64,000 nucleotides of DNA, taken from IMG/VR virus record IMGVR_UViG_3300027969_000047; one strand, 5' to 3'. A program made the position numbers and the translations under genes. The notes under the pieces are model-generated. The model searched no databases, had not been told where the DNA came from, and saw only the letters and a program-made list of their open reading frames with translations. The stretch's first letter is position 1. The number at the start of each line of letters is the position of its first letter. Positions 58,444 to 64,000 of this stretch are shown one piece after another. The DNA comes from a virus.

Positions 58444-58774
58444 TTTCTGTCTCCATCTCCATATTCATTGCGGCATAGACAAGCGCAACAGCGTTAAAAT
58501 TGGAACCACCGATGTGCCAACGATACTCATTGAATGGCGTATTGTATTGATGCCAGTCGTATATGGTAACGGTTTCTTTTCTCTGTCCACCGTATGCCCG
58601 AGGATCGGCATAAAAAATATCAATTGCCCACTCACAAGTAGTTTTGTCACCACCGTTATTAGGACCATATTTAGGTTCACCAAAAATACTCACTAGTTCA
58701 TAGTAAGTCGTTTTGATATAACCTTGTAAACAAGTACCATTGCCATTGCTATCACGAAAACTAATAATCTTCAT
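58436..58774 (-). CDS. Hypothetical phage protein
   Basis: GT.LQGY...Y..LV..FGEP...DK...EW...TIYDW...WHIGG. Confidence 0.6.
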   Translation of the reverse strand: MKIISFRDSNGNGTCLQGYIKTTYYELVSIFGEPKYGPNNGGDKTTCEWAIDIFYADPRAYGGQRKETVTIYDWHQYNTPFNEYRWHIGGSNFNAVALVYAAMNMEMETENA

Positions 58775-59028
58775 TTTAAATACTCCTTTTGAACAACTCT
58801 TTTCGCATCACTCAGCGATTTAAATTTCACTCCGTTGATGATGATGAATTTGGGACCATAGATTCTAGCCTCACCACCATCAAACGGAATACGATAAAAT
58901 GTTTTGCCACCATCTACGACCTTCGACCGCTTTTTCTCAAAAAAAGGACCGTAAGTCAGGCCAGCGAACCGAAAGGTATCTTCCAGTTCGGCCGCCGTTT
59001 GTGACCTTGCATAGGCAAGTGGTATCAT
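58771..59028 (-). CDS. Hypothetical protein
   Basis: Coupled to both neighbours. Confidence 0.5.
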   Translation of the reverse strand: MIPLAYARSQTAAELEDTFRFAGLTYGPFFEKKRSKVVDGGKTFYRIPFDGGEARIYGPKFIIINGVKFKSLSDAKRVVQKEYLK

Positions 59029-59444
59029 TATGCAGTCACCGTGTAAGGCTTATTCCAAGAACCGATGTTGCAGTGGAAATAATAAGCGGTGTCGAAATAA
59101 TCAGTCATTGCATCGGAACGGTCGTAGTAATCACCAGCCATCAATGCTTTTTTGATTGCTTGCATGGCTTCGAGAGCCTTACCGCTGTAGTGGTCTTGGA
59201 TCCAGTAGAGGTTCACTTGTTCGTGACCACTGGTGTTGGCTGTAAAGCCACGAGAAACTTGGTAAAATGACTCGGAACAGGTTTTGTTACCGTTACCGAT
59301 AAAATCGATAGAACCCGATTTCAATGTCAAGGTGATACTGGAAGAACCAGCGCCTTTGAGGGAACCTTTGAGTTTGTACTTTTTCAGTACAGGCGCCAAA
59401 GCGGCGGCGATTTTTGCTTTTTTCTCTGTAGACACATAAGCCAT
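59028..59444 (-). CDS. Conserved hypothetical early phage protein
   Basis: MAYVS.EKKA.IA..L...YYDRSD.MTDYFDTAYY...IG.W. Confidence 0.65.
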   Translation of the reverse strand: MAYVSTEKKAKIAAALAPVLKKYKLKGSLKGAGSSSITLTLKSGSIDFIGNGNKTCSESFYQVSRGFTANTSGHEQVNLYWIQDHYSGKALEAMQAIKKALMAGDYYDRSDAMTDYFDTAYYFHCNIGSWNKPYTVTA

Positions 59445-59476
59445 AACGAAACTCCTTTATCAACTGAACAAACTAC

Positions 59477-59539
59477 AGTATATCGCACTTTCGCCGCTTT
59501 GTCAAGTCTTTTTTGCGGTTGTTGCACAAAAACAACAAC
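59477..59539 (-). promoter_or_regulatory. sigma70 early promoter with GTTGTTG-N8-CAACAAC box
   Basis: TTGACA-N17-TATACT; palindrome at 59518-59539. Confidence 0.8.
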
Positions 59540-59543
59540 TTTT

Positions 59544-59777
59544 TTACACAATTCTTCCCAAGGATAGTTGCAAAAATTCGTCAAGTTCAGCATCAAAATT
59601 TCTACCAGTACGGCGTTTCTGATAGATTTTCTCTAACAGGCTATTTCCGTTACCATCGCCAAGAGGTATGTGAGTTTCAGCAAAATCATGCCCACGGGAT
59701 TCGAGTTCTTCGAGCAAATCTCGGGTATTAAATTCACTCAGGTCAATTTCAACTTCGGTAGTGATATAGCGGCTCAT
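59544..59777 (-). CDS. Hypothetical protein
   Basis: EVEIDL.EF...DL.EELESRG...LGRIV. Confidence 0.55.
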   Translation of the reverse strand: MSRYITTEVEIDLSEFNTRDLLEELESRGHDFAETHIPLGDGNGNSLLEKIYQKRRTGRNFDAELDEFLQLSLGRIV

Positions 59778-60037
59778 ACGATTTTACCTTCTTCAATCAG
59801 AATGCCAAAAGTGTCGAACAATTTATTGAATTTCACATTATACAGGGTAGTTAATGCATTCAGATATTCATTCAAATCTTCACCAGCCAACATTTCATTC
59901 TCAGTAACCATTTTAATGTCATCGATAATATTCCAGCACTGCATAATTTCTTGTTCTAGGTCGAATCTGTCAAGACCGCTACCAACATCAGCACTCACCG
60001 CATCTGCAATCACTCTTTTTTTCATAATAAACTCCAA
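59774..60037 (-). CDS. Hypothetical protein
   Basis: DRFDLEQ.I..CW....D...LY..KF..L..TF. Confidence 0.55.
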   Translation of the reverse strand: MEFIMKKRVIADAVSADVGSGLDRFDLEQEIMQCWNIIDDIKMVTENEMLAGEDLNEYLNALTTLYNVKFNKLFDTFGILIEEGKIV

Positions 60038-60271
60038 TTAATCTAAAGCAATACCATCCATGTACTTGTTACCATTGAAATGGTCTTTCGTAACACAGAC
60101 ACCCTCATATCTCATGCCAGCAGGTTCTTTATTTTGAATCGCCTTTTTGAGAGCAACCTGACATTCTTTTTTTGTTTGAAACTGAGTAACAGTTCGACTA
60201 GATTTTACATGGTCGCCATCACAGTGATGATTACCAGGAATAACCATAAAAACAATCAGAATCCATTCCAT
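60038..60271 (-). CDS. Small exported Cys-containing protein
   Basis: Hydrophobic N-terminus; F.T..EC...G.C. Confidence 0.5.
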   Translation of the reverse strand: MEWILIVFMVIPGNHHCDGDHVKSSRTVTQFQTKKECQVALKKAIQNKEPAGMRYEGVCVTKDHFNGNKYMDGIALD

Positions 60272-60299
60272 AATCTACCTCATTAATTAATCAGACTAC

Positions 60300-60328
60300 A
60301 GTATAACACAAACAGGTATAACTGTCAA
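60300..60328 (-). promoter_or_regulatory. sigma70 early promoter
   Basis: TTGACA-N17-TATACT; GTTG half-box at 60338. Confidence 0.8.
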
Positions 60329-60346
60329 GCAATAAAAGTTGTGAAA

Positions 60347-60571
60347 TTATGCTTCTTTACCCTTTATAGGTTTTATCTTTGCAGTTGCACAAGTACCTTC
60401 AAGAACAGCAATGGTTACATTACCACGAGCGGCGATGCCTCTCATATGTTCCTTTTGTTTATCCAGTGAATCCCTACATTGAGACTCTTGAGTGTAGTAG
60501 GTATCAGGTTGCATGAATTCACAGGTGCCATTCATACAGATAACTAGAATAGGTATAAAAATTTCAATCAT
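60347..60571 (-). CDS. Small exported Cys-containing protein
   Basis: IFIP.LVIC.NG.C.F...C...GTC. Confidence 0.5.
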   Translation of the reverse strand: MIEIFIPILVICMNGTCEFMQPDTYYTQESQCRDSLDKQKEHMRGIAARGNVTIAVLEGTCATAKIKPIKGKEA

Positions 60572-61023
60572 TGTTTTTCTTCATTAGTATTTAATGATTC
60601 CATAAATTTCTGCCATCTCAATGCTTTTTGTTCAGCATTAGGGCGATGTTTTTTTGATATATTGTCACCATTGATTCTTGTCTTTACAGCATGACAACAT
60701 GCACAGAGGGTTTGCAAATTTGCAGGATCGGCTCTTTCACCATCAGGATCGATATGGTCAATAGTCAATTGTGCATCCATGATAATGGTTGTGGTGCATT
60801 TGAAGCCCAAGCGACTATCAGTATTCTCACAATAATTTTTGCGGAATTGCTTGTAGTCCCAATCCATCATTTTATATTTTTCTTTGTGATGCCTAGAACA
60901 CCGCTTATTGTATCGGCCGCCACCAAGAGAGTCTCTAGGTTGGTCACAATCGGGAACAATACACGGATTCATCTCCGCAATTTCTTCTTCACCCCATAGG
61001 GTACGAATCAATGCTATAGTCAT
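60568..61023 (-). CDS. HNH endonuclease with N-terminal Zn finger
   Basis: C....C...C..HH; IDHID......PANLQTLCACCHAVKT. Confidence 0.8.
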   Translation of the reverse strand: MTIALIRTLWGEEEIAEMNPCIVPDCDQPRDSLGGGRYNKRCSRHHKEKYKMMDWDYKQFRKNYCENTDSRLGFKCTTTIIMDAQLTIDHIDPDGERADPANLQTLCACCHAVKTRINGDNISKKHRPNAEQKALRWQKFMESLNTNEEKQ

Positions 61024-61226
61024 TCTTCAACTCCGAAATGTTTTAAAACATATGTACCAGGGCTTGCCCATTGATGTGCATTAATTGTTGCAATATCGGC
61101 ACATTCTCTCACAATCAACTCGGCGAACCTTTGTTGGAAGTCTTCTTCAAAAACTATAATATCTCCAGTTCGCTCAATTATATCATCATAAGCCTGAGTG
61201 GACAGTTCTTTAAATCGTTCATTCAT
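61020..61226 (-). CDS. Hypothetical phage protein
   Basis: MNERFKEL...FAELIVRECA...HFGVEE. Confidence 0.6.
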   Translation of the reverse strand: MNERFKELSTQAYDDIIERTGDIIVFEEDFQQRFAELIVRECADIATINAHQWASPGTYVLKHFGVEE

Positions 61227-61227
61227 A

Positions 61228-61302
61228 TCAAGGTTCCAATAACATTCGTATAGTAATCAATATCATGCACACTACAATGATCCAGGCTTGTGTTTCAGTC
61301 AT
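61228..61302 (-). CDS. 24-aa single-TM peptide (not in ORF track)
   Basis: MTETQAWIIVVCMILITIRMLLEP; ATGA-coupled. Confidence 0.45.
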   Translation of the reverse strand: MTETQAWIIVVCMILITIRMLLEP

Positions 61303-61436
61303 GTCAAAATATTCCTTATAAACTCAATTGCTATTTGCACATCCGTAGGGTCAAGGTTCAGTTTATGCGATATCTCAAGCAGGTTGTAACCTCGCTCAAG
61401 AAGTTCTCGGACTTGGGAAATGATATAATTTTTCAT
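61299..61436 (-). CDS. 45-aa HTH-like protein (not in ORF track)
   Basis: MKNYIISQVRELLERGYNLLEISHKLNLDPTDVQIAIEFIRNILT; ATGA-coupled on both sides. Confidence 0.6.
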   Translation of the reverse strand: MKNYIISQVRELLERGYNLLEISHKLNLDPTDVQIAIEFIRNILT

Positions 61437-61627
61437 CCTGACCTTGCCATTAAGTGGTAGACATTGCTTGTAATAACCGCAGTCTCATTATACAACTTTT
61501 CACGGTCCATTGCAAATAGCAAAGCGGTATCTCTGTCAGGTGTCAGCATTAATTGCCGATTCTCAAAAACCACAGAATACATTTCGCCTTGCTTTGTTAT
61601 CTCAGCGCCAGTGATGAGGATTTTCAT
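61433..61627 (-). CDS. Hypothetical protein
   Basis: In operon; AAGGA RBS. Confidence 0.5.
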   Translation of the reverse strand: MKILITGAEITKQGEMYSVVFENRQLMLTPDRDTALLFAMDREKLYNETAVITSNVYHLMARSG

Positions 61628-61642
61628 AACTCGGTATATCCT

Positions 61643-61906
61643 TTAGTTATCGAATTCACAGCCGATATCAGCGGTATCGGCTTCATACTTAGCAACCGCC
61701 GAATTTACATCGGACACAAAACTGACATATTTGTGTTCAAGGATAACACGGTCACGAATAGCACCATACACCACCACAGGTGTATCAAGAACAACAGTGT
61801 GAACAACTTCACCGCCGTATGCTACACGGCTGAGTTCCACAACACCTGACACGGCGATTTCGCCCATGTAGAGACCAGTAACTGACATGTTTTCAAGATT
61901 CCACAT
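61643..61906 (-). CDS. Hypothetical early protein
   Basis: WNLE.M.V.G.Y.G...V.G.V..SRV.YGG.V.HTV.LD. Confidence 0.6.
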   Translation of the reverse strand: MWNLENMSVTGLYMGEIAVSGVVELSRVAYGGEVVHTVVLDTPVVVYGAIRDRVILEHKYVSFVSDVNSAVAKYEADTADIGCEFDN

Positions 61907-61938
61907 TTTCGAAACTCCTTATCGACTGAACAGATTAC

Positions 61939-62005
61939 AGTATACTCTATATGGGCAGAAATGTCAAGCAGAAAAAGTTGTTATTTTTGTTGTATTTTTA
62001 CAACA
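61939..62005 (-). promoter_or_regulatory. sigma70 early promoter with TGTTGTA-TTTT-TACAACA box
   Basis: TTGACA-N17-TATACT; palindrome at 61988-62005. Confidence 0.8.
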
Positions 62006-62429
62006 GTACTTTATGTAAATTATAATGATTCCGTTCTTCCGTTAGTGTTTCCATAAGTTTACCAATATTTTGCACTTGCTTAGAAGAAAGATTATACCAC
62101 TCGCCACGAATATGATATTTCTTATATTTTTTCTGTATATAATTTTCAAGGTTATATACATCATCCGACAAGCCGGATATTAACCGTATTTCCAAATTAT
62201 TTGGATTTCCAATTTGTAATGTACTGATTCGTTTACTAACTTCCCATAAAGTATTGTTTGGAGAAAGAATACGATATTTTATTTTTTTCTCCGTATATCC
62301 ACGAATAAGACCAATCTTACATGGCTCACTCACTTTGCCGGCATGCCATGGCGTCCAACCGAATCCGTTTATCTCCGAATGACAAAGATAAACAAATCCT
62401 TCAATATAATCTTGTATTGATTTGCTCAT
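61998..62429 (-). CDS. T5orf172/MUG113-like (GIY-YIG-related) protein
   Basis: GFVYL...KIG...RI..LQ.GNP..L...LE......HIRGEWY.L. Confidence 0.7.
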   Translation of the reverse strand: MSKSIQDYIEGFVYLCHSEINGFGWTPWHAGKVSEPCKIGLIRGYTEKKIKYRILSPNNTLWEVSKRISTLQIGNPNNLEIRLISGLSDDVYNLENYIQKKYKKYHIRGEWYNLSSKQVQNIGKLMETLTEERNHYNLHKVLL

Positions 62430-62447
62430 AATCAAACCTCTTTCATT

Positions 62448-62999
62448 TTACACTGCATAACTACGGGCCCAAGAAGTACTTTTCCGATAAGGGTGTTCAT
62501 CCGCTAAATCCCATGCTTGTGACACTAATGAAGATTTTAACTCAGGTATAATACCCAAAAAGTGATAATATTCACCACTCGGTTTATCAGCCCACATTGC
62601 ATCAGCAAACTGTAAAAAAGGTTCTTCAGACAAGTCTTTTTTTATGGTGTGAAATTCATCAATAGTCAAATTGAACCATTCACCTTTTATTTTTTTTTCA
62701 CGATACTTGTCATGTAGAAAATATTCAACATTAAAGGGTTCAAGAATTTCAGGAGAAATTTTATCCACGAATAGTTTCACCCAATTACCCGAAGAAAATT
62801 CTTTAAGGCGATTCGATACTCCCTTGATAGTTTTAGATACCCCGATTTTAACCGGACATTCACCAATACCTTTAAACCATTTTTTCGGCACTTCCTCTGG
62901 GCGAATCAAATAAACATGCCCCGAATTTAAACGCATAGCCCGCTGGTCAATTGGGCATATATTTTCATTATAAAAACCAAATTCACGAGACTCAAACAT
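62448..62999 (-). CDS. T5orf172/MUG113-like (GIY-YIG-related) protein
   Basis: GHVYLI...VKIGVS....RL.....GN...E..LH.KY.....GEWF.L. Confidence 0.7.
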   Translation of the reverse strand: MFESREFGFYNENICPIDQRAMRLNSGHVYLIRPEEVPKKWFKGIGECPVKIGVSKTIKGVSNRLKEFSSGNWVKLFVDKISPEILEPFNVEYFLHDKYREKKIKGEWFNLTIDEFHTIKKDLSEEPFLQFADAMWADKPSGEYYHFLGIIPELKSSLVSQAWDLADEHPYRKSTSWARSYAV

Positions 63000-63017
63000 A
63001 ATCAATCCTCTTTCATT

Positions 63018-63191
63018 TTACTCAGAATAGACAAGCGAGGAAGTACCATTTTCCTCTAGTGTAGTGAATGGACAACCAAAGTGCATGATATCACGCCCTT
63101 GAATATCTTCTTCAACATTCAGAAATTCCACTTCTTCAGTAGAATGATACTGTAGACAATGCTGGCAGTATACTTTGAAATATCTTTCCAT
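63018..63191 (-). CDS. Small Zn-ribbon-like protein
   Basis: VYCQHC...EVEFLNVEEDIQGRD..HF.CP; GGAG RBS supports the MERYF start. Confidence 0.55.
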   Translation of the reverse strand: MERYFKVYCQHCLQYHSTEEVEFLNVEEDIQGRDIMHFGCPFTTLEENGTSSLVYSE

Positions 63192-63237
63192 TTCACAACT
63201 CCAAAACAAAATTGTCAAGTGTTTTTTTGTTGTATTT

Positions 63238-63492
63238 TTACAACATGTCCAATTGAATTTGATATGACTGCTCTTTCATTTCATGGTCGAATGTTCGTAT
63301 TGTAGTACCAACACCACCACAATTCTCAGTCTTTATGATATGCAACGCATTAAGCAATGCTGTAGTTTGTGTGGTGAAAGGACCAGCAACAAGGTCTTGA
63401 ATTGTTGTAATATAGCCAACACCATTGACGATAGCACGAACCCGTTGGCTGTTTTTAAAACCAGGAACACTTTGTTTAGTACGCATATACAA
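63238..63492 (-). CDS. Hypothetical protein
   Basis: MRTKQ...G..NSQ..R.IVNGVG. Confidence 0.55.
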   Translation of the reverse strand: MYMRTKQSVPGFKNSQRVRAIVNGVGYITTIQDLVAGPFTTQTTALLNALHIIKTENCGGVGTTIRTFDHEMKEQSYQIQLDML

Positions 63493-63499
63493 TCCTCAA

Positions 63500-63706
63500 T
63501 TAAACATAAAAGTCGGAAGTGAGACCAAGTTCATCATAGACCATCTCACGGACTACAGTGTCAAAGGCTTCGGCAAATTGTGCATAATTAGCGAGTTTGC
63601 GAAGGTCAGCCTCAACATCAGGCCAAGGGCTTTTAACCGCTTTGTGATACATGACAAGACCAGAGACAGCTTTAGCACCATCTTTAGAGAACATACCGTA
63701 TTTCAT
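63500..63706 (-). CDS. Hypothetical protein
   Basis: YGMFS..G..AV...EA.DT.VRE.VY. Confidence 0.55.
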   Translation of the reverse strand: MKYGMFSKDGAKAVSGLVMYHKAVKSPWPDVEADLRKLANYAQFAEAFDTVVREMVYDELGLTSDFYV

Positions 63707-63715
63707 CTTTTTTCC

Positions 63716-63796
63716 TTAACCGAGGGTTTTAACAGAACCTGACACGGAAGCACCAATCAGGACCAGAACAGTAAAAACACAGAGGGCGATAAACAT
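63716..63796 (-). CDS. 26-aa hydrophobic peptide (not in ORF track)
   Basis: MFIALCVFTVLVLIGASVSGSVKTLG; first ORF behind a promoter; same AAGGAAAAAAGATG RBS as the next gene. Confidence 0.5.
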   Translation of the reverse strand: MFIALCVFTVLVLIGASVSGSVKTLG

Positions 63797-63831
63797 CTTT
63801 TTTCCTTTTCAATCTCAACTAACTTAACTAC

Positions 63832-63885
63832 AGTATAGCGCAAATCGGTAGAAATGTCAAGCACTTTTAGTTGTTATTTTACTAC
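63832..63885 (-). promoter_or_regulatory. sigma70 early promoter with degenerate GTTG-N8-CTAC box
   Basis: TTGACA-N17-TATACT; box at 63870-63885. Confidence 0.75.
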
Positions 63886-64000
63886 GCAAATTCGTAAAAC
63901 TTAACGGAAGGGTCAAGTTTTTGCAGTTCTTTAGCGGCTTTGGTCAAAGCCTTATAACGAGCCTGTACTTGGCTACGGCTCAGTTCACCGTCACAAGTCA
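63882..64000 (-). CDS. Hypothetical protein, 3' end only
   Basis: ...TCDGELSRSQVQARYKALTKAAKELQKLDPSVKFYEFA*. Confidence 0.5.
   Translation of the reverse strand, partial: TCDGELSRSQVQARYKALTKAAKELQKLDPSVKFYEFA

Noticed and set aside
61988-62005. LexA SOS box interpretation of the promoter palindrome
   Set aside because: Same N8 geometry, but half-sites are GTTG/CAAC rather than the CTGT/ACAG of beta/gammaproteobacterial LexA boxes.
1-64000. Stop-codon reassignment, introns or inteins
   Set aside because: Core genes are intact under the standard code with TAA, TAG and TGA all used as stops; no intein or intron signatures were noticed.

Overview
The window is a 64 kb segment of a large lytic T4-like myophage, resembling uncultured aquatic T4-like Caudoviricetes. 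The host is probably a Gram-negative proteobacterium, judged from the tmRNA tag ANDSQFALAA, sigma70 promoters and an outer-membrane beta-barrel gene. Region 1-17 kb (minus strand) is an array of tail fibre adaptors and about nine receptor-binding tip proteins, most followed by a small chaperone. Region 17-43.5 kb is the baseplate and tail module: VrlC-like protein, gp8, gp7-like, gp6, gp25, PAAR, a split gp5, gp27-like, gp53, gp48, gp4, gp2, gp54, gp26, gp51 and a gp29/tape-measure-like protein. Region 43.5-48 kb holds gp32, gp59, gp33, a cell-wall hydrolase, the OMP, an exonuclease and a circularly permuted two-piece tmRNA whose intervening segment holds an SD-led 23-aa ORF. Region 48-64 kb is an early/accessory region (TusA, ClpP, GalE, GT2, cytidylyltransferase-cupin, RNase H, HNH, two T5orf172-like genes) punctuated by repeated sigma70 promoter cassettes carrying a GTTG-N8-CAAC palindrome. 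The most notable observations are the peptide-encoding permuted tmRNA, a strong Ala-Asn bias confined to outer virion proteins (possible virion glycosylation signal), the operator-bearing promoter cassettes, and the modular adaptor/RBP array. All product calls come from motif recognition and synteny; no database searches were run.
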